From NCBI GenBank assembly GCA_046598045.1, contig JBKJJJ010000012.1:1-52850 (forward strand): DNA of 52,850 nucleotides, written 5' to 3'. This document shows, one piece after another, positions 31,923 through 40,201 of the stretch. A model generated the notes under the pieces. The model was not told where the DNA came from, searched no databases, and was given only the letters and a program-made list of their open reading frames with translations. Both the position numbers and the translations under genes were made by a program. This DNA comes from Candidatus Eiseniibacteriota bacterium (GTDB lineage: Bacteria; Eisenbacteria; RBG-16-71-46; DASYSL01). Position 1 is the first letter of the stretch. Each line of letters opens with the position of its first letter.

Positions 31923-32933
31923 ATGAAGCACACGAGAGGTCCATGGACCGCCACTCTCGGCATGCTGCTGTGTCCCAGCATTCTGGTCCTGAGCCACCTG
32001 GCTGTTGCAGCAACCGTCACGCCACCCAGCTATTTGTCATCTTGGGGCTCTCTGGGCAACGGAAATGGTCAGTTCTCGCGTCCGACAGGGGTCGCGGTGG
32101 GTTCTGGCGGCAACATATACGTCGTTGATGTCTTTCTAACCCGCGTTCAGGTGTTTGACAGCTCTGGGGCATTCCTCTTCAAGTGGGGAACGCAGGGCGG
32201 AGGAGATGGTCAGTTCGTGGGCTATCTGGAGGGGATTGCTGTTGGGCCCGGGGGCGACGTCTTCGTGGTCGACAACGAAGGCGATCGGGTGGAGGAGTTC
32301 ACCTCTAGCGGCGTGTTCGTCCGCAAGTGGGGCACGACGGGAGCCGGGAATGGCCAGTTCGAATCTCCCACCGGTGTCGCGGTGGATGTGTCCGGCAATA
32401 TCTACGTCACCGACACCGGCAATCACCGAGTGCAGAAGTTCTCGAGCACGGGGACCTACCTCAATCAGTGGGGCACCAACGGCACGGGTGACACAGAATT
32501 CGGCTCTCCTTGGGGGATTTGCGTTGGCCAATCCGGGCAAATCTACGTCACCGATGCGGGTGCGGGAAACTTTTGTGTCCGGGTGTTCGACGCCAACGGC
32601 GGGTATCTATTCCGTTGGGGTGGGCCTGGATCAGGAGACAGTCAGTTCACTTTTCCAGCCGGGATCGCAACCGATTTCAGCGGATATGTCTACGTGACGG
32701 ACTCTGGAACGAATCGCGTTCAGATATTCTCGTCGACTGGCAGTTACCTCGTACAGTTTGGCACGTCGGGGTCTGGTGCCGGCCAGTTCAACAATCCGGA
32801 GGGAATCGCAGTTGTCTCGGGGAGCGCGATCTACGTGGCGGATGCGCTCAACAATCGTGTCGACAAATTTGGCTCTCCTACGACGCCAGCGGTAAACACG
32901 TCGTGGGGAAAAGTGAAGGCCACCTATCGGTAG
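31923..32933 (+). CDS. Secreted NHL-repeat six-bladed beta-propeller (copy 2, intact); SWG tail
   Basis: RBS GAGGAGG; signal peptide; six GQF..P.GIAV...YV.D..N.RVQ repeats; ends TTPAVNTSWGKVKATYR. Confidence 0.93.
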   Translation: MKHTRGPWTATLGMLLCPSILVLSHLAVAATVTPPSYLSSWGSLGNGNGQFSRPTGVAVGSGGNIYVVDVFLTRVQVFDSSGAFLFKWGTQGGGDGQFVGYLEGIAVGPGGDVFVVDNEGDRVEEFTSSGVFVRKWGTTGAGNGQFESPTGVAVDVSGNIYVTDTGNHRVQKFSSTGTYLNQWGTNGTGDTEFGSPWGICVGQSGQIYVTDAGAGNFCVRVFDANGGYLFRWGGPGSGDSQFTFPAGIATDFSGYVYVTDSGTNRVQIFSSTGSYLVQFGTSGSGAGQFNNPEGIAVVSGSAIYVADALNNRVDKFGSPTTPAVNTSWGKVKATYR

Positions 32934-32991
32934 AGTTGTGCCCCTGTCGGGGGGGCGAGAGGTGGAAGGCGGCAGCCTTCCCGTGAAGGTG

Positions 32992-33183
32992 GGCTACCTC
33001 ACGCAGTTTGGCACGACCGGATCCGGATCGGGCCAATTCAACGGCCCGGACGGGATCGCGGTCGTTTCGGGAAGTGCGATGTTCATCGGCGACACTCTCA
33101 ACAATCGGATTGAGAAATTTGGTGCTCCAACCACACCAGCGGCGAGCACATCTTGGGGCAAGGTGAAAGCAACCTACCGCTAG
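32992..33183 (+). pseudogene. 3' remnant of a third NHL gene copy (last blade plus SWG tail)
   Basis: GYLTQFGTTGSGSGQFNGPDGI...TSWGKVKATYR is nearly identical to the copy 1 C-terminus; no credible signal peptide or 5' part. Confidence 0.85.
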
Positions 33184-33438
33184 GCTCCTGCCCTGTCGCC
33201 AGAATCGGCGTCGGAGTAAGCCGAAGCGGGATTGTCCGCGACGCTCCTGCCCCTGGCTCGAGCGGGATATCGCGGTCGACCGCAGCATCTGATTGCGGAT
33301 TACCCCCGGACCACCTGGACTCGCTCCGGAGGGTCGCCCCCGCTCCCAGAGTCTTAGTTTCAACCCCGCTTTGCCTCGTCGCGGGAGGGCGGCGGACGAG
33401 TTGTCAATCCCGGGGCGTGACCATTGAAATTCCGAGGC

Positions 33439-33471
33439 CGTACGAAGCGTACGAAACGTACGTTTTGTACG
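33439..33471. promoter_or_regulatory. Four GTACG units at exact 9-bp period, candidate operator
   Basis: cGTACGaag cGTACGaaa cGTACGttt tGTACG, just downstream of TTGAAA (33424) and about 200 bp upstream of the TonB receptor gene. Confidence 0.45.
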
Positions 33472-33668
33472 CCCCCGAGAAGTGACATGCCTCACCCCCG
33501 GCGTGACAGCTCACCGCGCATGCCGCTTCAACCCCCGAACGCTTCCGGCTATCCCACCTCCCGGGTGAAGGTCGCGTTGCCGACGCTGCAGAGGGAACCC
33601 GCCGCCACCGTCACCCGTACACGCGAGCGGCCCGTGCTAGGATTCTTCGTGTCTCGCCCGAGGTTGGG

Positions 33669-36008
33669 ATGTCGTCTCGCGCCGCGGAGATCCCATTGCG
33701 AATCCGTTCTCGATCCGGATTGTCTCGTGCACGCGTCATCCTGATTGCAGCGGCGATCCCGGCTGGCGTTGTGTCGCCGCCGACCGCTCACGCGGGCCCG
33801 GCCTCGAACGCGAGTATTGTGGGCACCGTGCGCGACGCGCGCACGGGATCGCCGCTTGGCGGAGCCCTGGTTGCGCTGCCCGCGCTCAACCGCGCGGCGG
33901 CGACGGATACGGGAGGTTGGTATGCGTTGCGGGCGGTTCCGCCCGGACCGCAGCATCTCTCCGTCCGCCTGGTGGGGTACGCCTCCCACACGCTCGATGT
34001 GCTGGTGCCCCGGGAGGGAGAAGTCGCGATCAACGTCGCAATCGAACCGCGGCCGATGCGGCTCGAACTCGTCGAAGTTCGAGCGCCGGTTGCGGTGCGC
34101 GGGCTCGAGACCCCCGATTCGGCCGGGTTCCCCGATCGCGAGACCTCGATCGAGGCCGTGCGCAATCATCCGCTGCTTTCTGAACCGGACGCGTTCGAAG
34201 GGCTGGGCGGCGGAGACGTGGTCCTGAACCCGGAGACGCCGAGCGGAGTCCATATCCAGGGTGGCGCGTCGGATCAGACTTCGTACCTACTCGACGGCTT
34301 CCCGGTGTTCAACCCCTATCACGCGGCGGGCATCGCCAGCGCGTGGAACCCCGACGCCCTCGCGCGGCTCCGCCTCTGGTCGTCGCAGCCCGTTGCGGGC
34401 CAGCCGCTCAGCCTTGCGGGGACGGTCGAGGGCGTGACGCGCGCGCCGGGAGCGACCTGGCAAGGGCAGTGGAGCCTGAGCACCACGCAGGCGCGGCTGA
34501 CGCTCGATGGGCCGTTGGGCCCGCGCGGCGCAGGCGTCCTGCTCGGCGTGCGCTCGGGCTTGCACGACCTGGTCGCGCCGCGGGATGAAGCCTCGTACCT
34601 CAGGGGCGGGACGGGCGATGCGCTGGCCGTCTTCGAGGCGCCCGTGGTCGGCGGCCGGCTGCGAGTGCTGGGCTACGCCAACGGCAATGAAATTGGCGCC
34701 ACCGCGGCGCCGGACAGTGCATCCCGCACACGCCGGCACTCGTTCGAGTGGAACAGCGTCACGCTCGGCGGCGCCTGGGGGCGAGCCTCCAGGGACTTCG
34801 ACCTGCGCATCCTCGGCTGGAGTTCGCGCAGCGATGTCGTGGCGCGCTGGTTGCCGCCCGGGAGCGTGGCCGCCCTCAGCTCCATGCGCCGGGATCTTGG
34901 GGTGCTCGCCGCCGCGGAACACCGCTCGCGGCGGATGACATCAACCTGGGCGCTGCGTTTCGATCAGACCCGGACCTCTTATCGCGTCGATCCGGAATCG
35001 AGCGCGACCGCTTCGTTCCGGTTGCGCGCGGTCACACCCGTTGCGACGCTCGGGGCAGGGGCGACACGTCGACTTGGTGGGCGTACGGAGGCCGAGCTCG
35101 GGACGGCGTTGACGATCAGTGCGGGCGCGGCGCATCCGGGGGGACGTGCGCGCCTGTCCTGGCGCGCGTCGACCACCGTCACCCTGTCCGCACGTTATGC
35201 GCGCGTGCACCAGTTCACGCAGTCGCTGCGCAATGTCGAATCGGTCGTGGGGGCCGTGTTCCCGGTGGACGCGTTCGTCGGGATCGGCGCCTCCGGCGTG
35301 CCGTTGGCGCGCGGGGAGCAGGGGAGCCTCGCGGCGGAGCTCCGGCCCGGGTCGGGGATTCGGCTGGGGCTCCAAGCCTATGCGCGACGATCCACCGGAC
35401 TGGTGCTCGTGGCGCCGCGCGAGGAGGGGCCGTTCGCCACCCGTGGTTTCGTGACCGGAGCGAGCACGGCGCAGGGCGTGGCGCTCGACCTGGCCGTGCA
35501 GTCGAAGCGCTACGCGATCCTCGTGAACTATGGTCTCGAGCGCGTGCGCTTGAAGCATGCGGACAGCAGTTATGTGCCCGAACACGCCGCGAGCCACCGG
35601 CTCGAGGGTGGCGTGATCGTGTTTCCCAGCGCCAGTGCCTCGGTGCGCCTGGGCGTGGTCGCGGCCCTCGGGCGGCGTACGACCGTGGCCCAGGGCGGTC
35701 TCGAGTGGGAATCCTGCAACCTCCTCGACCGGGGCTGCGAGTTCATCGGGAGCCCCCGCTACGAAGGGGAGCCGCTCGGTGGCCAGGCACTCCCGGCGTA
35801 CTTGCGTATCGACCTGGGCCTGCGCAAGCACTGGCATGTCGCGCCATGGGGGCACGACAGCTTGGTCGCGGTCTTCGGGGCCTTCACCAATGTGATGGGG
35901 CGCAAGAACCTGCTGACGTATGCGCGCGATCCCGCAACGGGACAGTTGCGGGGCATCGAGTTGCGCCCGTCCGCGCCGCTGGTGGTTGGCATCGACGGGC
36001 ACTTTTAG
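33669..36008 (+). CDS. TonB-dependent receptor-like outer-membrane protein with N-terminal carboxypeptidase-regulatory-like domain
   Basis: IVGTVRDARTGSPL.GA.V domain; plug-like IQGGASDQTSYLLDGFPVFNPYH; LPAYLRIDL; terminal Phe. Confidence 0.85.
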   Translation: MSSRAAEIPLRIRSRSGLSRARVILIAAAIPAGVVSPPTAHAGPASNASIVGTVRDARTGSPLGGALVALPALNRAAATDTGGWYALRAVPPGPQHLSVRLVGYASHTLDVLVPREGEVAINVAIEPRPMRLELVEVRAPVAVRGLETPDSAGFPDRETSIEAVRNHPLLSEPDAFEGLGGGDVVLNPETPSGVHIQGGASDQTSYLLDGFPVFNPYHAAGIASAWNPDALARLRLWSSQPVAGQPLSLAGTVEGVTRAPGATWQGQWSLSTTQARLTLDGPLGPRGAGVLLGVRSGLHDLVAPRDEASYLRGGTGDALAVFEAPVVGGRLRVLGYANGNEIGATAAPDSASRTRRHSFEWNSVTLGGAWGRASRDFDLRILGWSSRSDVVARWLPPGSVAALSSMRRDLGVLAAAEHRSRRMTSTWALRFDQTRTSYRVDPESSATASFRLRAVTPVATLGAGATRRLGGRTEAELGTALTISAGAAHPGGRARLSWRASTTVTLSARYARVHQFTQSLRNVESVVGAVFPVDAFVGIGASGVPLARGEQGSLAAELRPGSGIRLGLQAYARRSTGLVLVAPREEGPFATRGFVTGASTAQGVALDLAVQSKRYAILVNYGLERVRLKHADSSYVPEHAASHRLEGGVIVFPSASASVRLGVVAALGRRTTVAQGGLEWESCNLLDRGCEFIGSPRYEGEPLGGQALPAYLRIDLGLRKHWHVAPWGHDSLVAVFGAFTNVMGRKNLLTYARDPATGQLRGIELRPSAPLVVGIDGHF

Positions 36009-36010
36009 GA

Positions 36011-36054
36011 CTGGTTTCAAAACTCCGGACGACCCCCAGGGGTTTTGAAACCAG
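36011..36054. repeat. Inverted repeat with perfect 13-bp arms (REP/MITE-like or terminator)
   Basis: CTGGTTTCAAAAC-N18-GTTTTGAAACCAG immediately after the receptor stop codon. Confidence 0.6.
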
Positions 36055-36070
36055 CTCCAGGTTGGGTGCG

Positions 36071-36099
36071 TGTCACAGACTGGGCCGCTCGCAGGTTCC
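36071..36099 (+). promoter_or_regulatory. Putative ECF sigma promoter, copy 1 (autoregulatory)
   Basis: TGTCACA-N16-GGTTCC upstream of the sigma gene RBS. Confidence 0.65.
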
Positions 36100-36125
36100 A
36101 GTTCGAAGAGGAGGGCCCGGGCACG

Positions 36126-36647
36126 CTGTCTGATCCGCCGACGTCGTTCCACGACCAATTCGGGGAGCTGTTCCAGACCCGCTATTCGCGGCTCTACCGC
36201 TACCTCCATCGCCTGTCGGGCGACTCGGAGTTGGCGGCGGACGTTGCGCAGGAGGCGCTCGTCCGGCTCTACCAGCGCGGCGCGCTCCCCGAGTCGCCGG
36301 AGGCGTGGCTGATCAGCGTGGCGATGAACCTGTTTCGCAATGAGCGAACGACGCGCTCGCGACGTGAGCGACTGCTCCGGCCCGCGCACGGCGAACGCAT
36401 CCTGGGGGATCCGCCACCGGCGCCGGACGAAGCGGCAGAGGCGTCTGAAACGCGGATCCGCGTGCGTGCCACGCTCGATCGCCTCCCCGAGCGCGATCGC
36501 CAGCTCTTGCTGCTGCAGGCGGAGGGCTTCGGGTACCGGGACATCGCGGTCGCGTTGCAGCTCAACGAAGCCAGCATCGGGGTGTTCCTCGCGCGGGCGC
36601 GAAGGGCATTTCGAAAGGCGCACGAGGAAACGCATGACGCATCTTGA
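36126..36647 (+). CDS. ECF-type RNA polymerase sigma factor
   Basis: LYRYL..LSGD..LAADVAQEA (region 2), AWL..VAMN, LDRLPERDR.LLLL..EG..Y.DIA (region 4); start probably CTG 36126 after GAGGAGG (the track start 36045 lies in the hairpin). Confidence 0.9.
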   Translation: MSDPPTSFHDQFGELFQTRYSRLYRYLHRLSGDSELAADVAQEALVRLYQRGALPESPEAWLISVAMNLFRNERTTRSRRERLLRPAHGERILGDPPPAPDEAAEASETRIRVRATLDRLPERDRQLLLLQAEGFGYRDIAVALQLNEASIGVFLARARRAFRKAHEETHDAS

Positions 36648-37380
36648 CGAGGAGCATCGCGAGCGATTGCTGCACGGTGAACTCCCGCGCGACGCGGAGG
36701 ATTCCGCGCGCGCGCACCTCGCCGCGTGCCCGGATTGTCGGCGCGGGCTCGAGGATTCCGCGCGCGAGCTGCAACAGGTCCAGGCATTGCTCGAGGCGCT
36801 GGACGACGCGCCTCCCGCGGTCGATCTCGCAGTCGTGATCCGTCCGCGGCGATCGACGCTGCGCCGCGCCGCACCCGTTCTCCAGTGGGCGGCGGGTCTC
36901 GCGCTCTTCGTCGCCGCCGCCGCAGGGGCGTACGCCTGGCCGGGCTCCCCGGTTCCGGCGTGGTTGTCCGCGGTCAATGCGCGGTTCGGCGGAGGGCCGC
37001 CGCACTCCACGCAGCCTGCGTCTCCGCCCCCCGCCCCCCTCGCGGAGCCACCCGAGTCAGGAATCGCCGTGCTCCCCGGGCGGGATTTCCTGATTCGATT
37101 CGCCGCACCGCAGGTCGTGGGAGAGGTTCGCGTGACGCTGGTCGAGGGCCGGGAGATCGAGGTCCGCGCCCCGGTCGGCGCGGCCCGGTTCACCTCGAAT
37201 GCGACTCGCCTGCTGATCGACAACCATGGGTCGCAGGCCTCGTTCGAGGTCGCAATCCCACGCGCGGCTCCGCGGGTCGAAATCATCGTTGGCGACGAAC
37301 GAGTCCTGCTCAAGGAGGGCGCCCGGGTCACCGGCGCTGCAAACGCCGACGGGAGCTACCTGATCTCTCTCCCACGGTAG
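36634..37380 (+). CDS. Zinc-finger (zf-HC2) transmembrane anti-sigma factor
   Basis: MTHL...HLAACPDC (HxxxCxxC), one TM helix, Pro-rich linker and extracytoplasmic domain; overlaps the sigma stop. Confidence 0.85.
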   Translation: MTHLDEEHRERLLHGELPRDAEDSARAHLAACPDCRRGLEDSARELQQVQALLEALDDAPPAVDLAVVIRPRRSTLRRAAPVLQWAAGLALFVAAAAGAYAWPGSPVPAWLSAVNARFGGGPPHSTQPASPPPAPLAEPPESGIAVLPGRDFLIRFAAPQVVGEVRVTLVEGREIEVRAPVGAARFTSNATRLLIDNHGSQASFEVAIPRAAPRVEIIVGDERVLLKEGARVTGAANADGSYLISLPR

Positions 37381-37393
37381 TTTGGGATTCGCC

Positions 37394-37422
37394 TGTCACA
37401 AGGCGAGCGGTTCGTCGGCTCC
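37394..37422 (+). promoter_or_regulatory. Putative ECF sigma promoter, copy 2
   Basis: TGTCACA-N16-GGCTCC ending 45 bp upstream of ATG 37468. Confidence 0.65.
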
Positions 37423-37467
37423 TCTCCCCGGAAGTTCCCGCAACCCAACCGAGAGGAGAGTCAAGAG

Positions 37468-38256
37468 ATGAACCTGCGAACGCTGAACGCAAGGCCGCTG
37501 CTCGCCCTGTGCATCCTCCCAGCCCTGGTCGGCTGCGGAGGAAACTCCGGCTCCGCACTGCTCGCGCCCACTGGACCCGCCGCACGGGCGGCGGCCGTGT
37601 CCGGCGCGTTTCCGATCGTCGACCCGGCAAGCGCGAGCGCCGTGGTGCTCCCGTTTGATCCGGGCAATTTCGTGGCAGTCGTGGACCACCCCTACTTCCC
37701 GCTGCCTGCCGGGCGCGTGACGACGTTTCGGGGCGGGGCGGAATCGATCACCGTCGAGGTGCTGACGGAGCAGAAGGCCATCCTGGGCGTCCAGGCCACG
37801 GTGGTGCGCGACCGCGTGCACGCGGACGGCGTGCTGATCGAAGACACGATCGATTGGTACGCGCAAGACCGCCAGGGCAATGTCTGGTATCTCGGCGAAG
37901 ACGTGAAGAACTATCAGGGCGGGCAGCTTGTGAGCACGACCGGATCGTGGGAAGCCGGCAAGAACGGGGCGACTGCGGGGTTGATCATGCTCGCGCACCC
38001 GGCGGCGGGCGACAGCTATGCGCAGGAGCACGCTGCGGGAGTCGCCGAGGACATGACGCGCGTGAAGGACACCGACGTGGCCGTCGTCGTGCCGAAGGGC
38101 TCGTTCGCGCATTGCATCCAGACGCTCGAATGGACGCGGCTCCAGCCCGGGAAGCGAGGGTACAAGTACTTCGCCCAGGGCGTGGGGCTGGTGCTGGAGT
38201 CCTCGACGCGCGGCGGGAGTGAGCGAGTCGAGCTGATCTCGGTCACAGGATCCTGA
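37468..38256 (+). CDS. Uncharacterised lipoprotein (paralog of the next gene)
   Basis: RBS GAGGAG; lipobox LVGC; DHPYFPL, EDTIDWYAQD..GNVWYLGED, GSWEAG, KYFAQGVG. Confidence 0.85.
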   Translation: MNLRTLNARPLLALCILPALVGCGGNSGSALLAPTGPAARAAAVSGAFPIVDPASASAVVLPFDPGNFVAVVDHPYFPLPAGRVTTFRGGAESITVEVLTEQKAILGVQATVVRDRVHADGVLIEDTIDWYAQDRQGNVWYLGEDVKNYQGGQLVSTTGSWEAGKNGATAGLIMLAHPAAGDSYAQEHAAGVAEDMTRVKDTDVAVVVPKGSFAHCIQTLEWTRLQPGKRGYKYFAQGVGLVLESSTRGGSERVELISVTGS

Positions 38257-38267
38257 GGAGGATTGGC

Positions 38268-38981
38268 ATGAACGGACCCAAGTTCTCAACACCAATGTTG
38301 CGACTCGCGGCCGCACTGGCCTGCGTCATGGCTGCGAGATACGCCTCGGCCGGCCGTGCGGACTACCACCCCGCGATCAACGCCGCGGATTTTCGGGAGG
38401 GCGTCGACCATCGCTTCTTTCCGCTCCCGCCCGGTACGACATGGCTGTTCACCGAAACGTTGGGCAAGGACGTCAGCGAGAACGAGGTGACCGTGATGCC
38501 CGAGACCAAGGTCATTCTCGGCGTAACCTGCGTGGTCGTCCACGATGTCCTGCGAGCCAAGGGGGGAATCACGGAAGACACCTACGACTGGTATGCCCAG
38601 GACAAGCGGGGGAATGTCTGGTACATGGGTGAAGACACCAGGGAGTTCCACGCGCATGGCAAGGTGAGCACCGAGGGATCGTGGGAGGCGGGGGTCGACG
38701 GCGCCCAACCGGGAATCATCATGCCGGCCGAATCGAGCGTCGGCAAACCCTACCGCCAGGAGTACAAGCGGGGTGAGGCCGAGGACATGGGCCAGGTCGT
38801 GGCCCTGAACGAAACCGTGCGCGTTCCCGGCGGCAGGTTCACCGGCTGCGTGCGCACGCGTGAGTGGTCCCTGCTCGAATCCGGCAGCGAAAAGAAGTGG
38901 TATGCACCTGGCGTCGGCTTCGTGCGCGCAGAAGCCGCAGATGGTGAAGTCGAGGAGTTGGTCTCGGTGCGCCATCCATGA
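38268..38981 (+). CDS. Uncharacterised secreted protein (paralog of the previous gene)
   Basis: RBS GAGGAGG; signal peptide; DHRFFPL, EDTYDWYAQD..GNVWYMGED, GSWEAG, KWYAPGVG. Confidence 0.85.
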   Translation: MNGPKFSTPMLRLAAALACVMAARYASAGRADYHPAINAADFREGVDHRFFPLPPGTTWLFTETLGKDVSENEVTVMPETKVILGVTCVVVHDVLRAKGGITEDTYDWYAQDKRGNVWYMGEDTREFHAHGKVSTEGSWEAGVDGAQPGIIMPAESSVGKPYRQEYKRGEAEDMGQVVALNETVRVPGGRFTGCVRTREWSLLESGSEKKWYAPGVGFVRAEAADGEVEELVSVRHP

Positions 38982-39793
38982 AGCGTCCGCGGGCACGCCT
39001 CCTCGCGGGGCTGCTGCTGCCGGTCGTGATGGCCGGGGCCGCGGCCCCGGCCGCGGCCCGGATCCTCAAGACTCGCCGGCCCGGCGAATACAAGGAACTC
39101 GCGCTCGTCATCGGTTCGGGCTTCGAGTTCGAGTCTGACGCCGAGGAATCGGAGTACGGCCTTCCATTCTTTGCCGAGTACGGCATCACCCCGGCGCTCG
39201 AGCTCAGTGTCGAGCCAAGCTACGTGGTGATCCGCAAGCGGAGCGGTGGCACCATCCAGGGCCTGGGCGACCTCGAGACGAATGTCAGCTACGAATTCGT
39301 TTCCGAGAGGCGCAGCCGTCCCGCGATCGCGATGCTCGGGGGAATCAAGTGGCCGACCGCACCCGCAGGCGCGATCGGCACCGGTAAGCTCGACGCCTCG
39401 CTCGGCGCGGTGGCGAGCAAGGAACTTCCGCGATTCGACCTCGAGTTCAACGCCATCTACACGTTCACCGGCAATCCATCCGGCGTGCAGCTGCGGGACA
39501 CTTTCGAGGCGTCGGCTGCCACGGAAGTCCACCTCGGCCGACGACTCGACCTGCTCGCCGAGTTCGTGACGGCGTCGGGTGCGGGCGGACGATTTCGGGC
39601 GGGCTTGGGGGGGCTCGGCGGGCTGGGCAATATCGGCGGTCCCGAGCAGGGACAGATTGAGTACGAAGCCACGCTTGGGATCGCTGAACACCCCGGGTCC
39701 CACCTCAAGTTGGAGCAGGGGGGCATCTTCAAGTCCGACGGGGCCTGGCAGGTCGTGTTGGGCTGGGAGTACGATTTTGGCGAGGGAAAGTAG
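38978..39793 (+). CDS. Putative outer-membrane beta-barrel (MetA/phenol-pathway transporter-like)
   Basis: Signal peptide; EYGIT..LEL, GLGD, alternating amphipathic strands, C-terminal WEYDF; ATGA coupling. Confidence 0.65.
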   Translation: MKRPRARLLAGLLLPVVMAGAAAPAAARILKTRRPGEYKELALVIGSGFEFESDAEESEYGLPFFAEYGITPALELSVEPSYVVIRKRSGGTIQGLGDLETNVSYEFVSERRSRPAIAMLGGIKWPTAPAGAIGTGKLDASLGAVASKELPRFDLEFNAIYTFTGNPSGVQLRDTFEASAATEVHLGRRLDLLAEFVTASGAGGRFRAGLGGLGGLGNIGGPEQGQIEYEATLGIAEHPGSHLKLEQGGIFKSDGAWQVVLGWEYDFGEGK

Positions 39794-40201
39794 TTCGGTC
39801 TACCCCGGGCCACGCCGAGGTCATGCTGCGCGCCCCGTCCGGTCTGCTCTACCGACCTTCGGACCCGTCGCTGGTCGCGGGGGCGGCGTCGCTCGCGCTG
39901 CCGGCCCGGCGCGAAACCTCGCGCGCCTGCGCTGAGCGATCCACCGTCCCCCGCGGGACGGCACCGCCGGGCTTCCCGGTTCCGAAACCCCAAGCTCGCT
40001 TCCTGAATTCGTCATGAAATCGTGCAATCGTTCTATTTCGCCCGCAGGATCGAGCCCTCCGTTGCATCGAACACTCGACGAGAGCGTCCCGATCGGGGAC
40101 CATGCCGGGACCCATCCGATCGAGTGATCCATTGCCGATCGCGCCTCCGGCGCCGGAGGCGGCGGGATCGCGCAACCAGACCCACCAGGAGACACCGTTC
40201 C

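Noticed and set aside
31387..33345. NHL 3' repeat pair as a DGR template/variable repeat
   Set aside because: Mismatches are mostly synonymous and involve all bases rather than adenines only; no reverse transcriptase nearby
36014..36051. GTTTCAA...TTGAAAC resembles a CRISPR repeat (also GTTTCAACCC near 33357)
   Set aside because: Single copy, no repeat-spacer periodicity and no cas genes in the window
39794..40201. 400-bp intergenic region before the RND operon as a possible riboswitch or small gene
   Set aside because: No recognisable riboswitch consensus, convincing ORF or clear operator by eye
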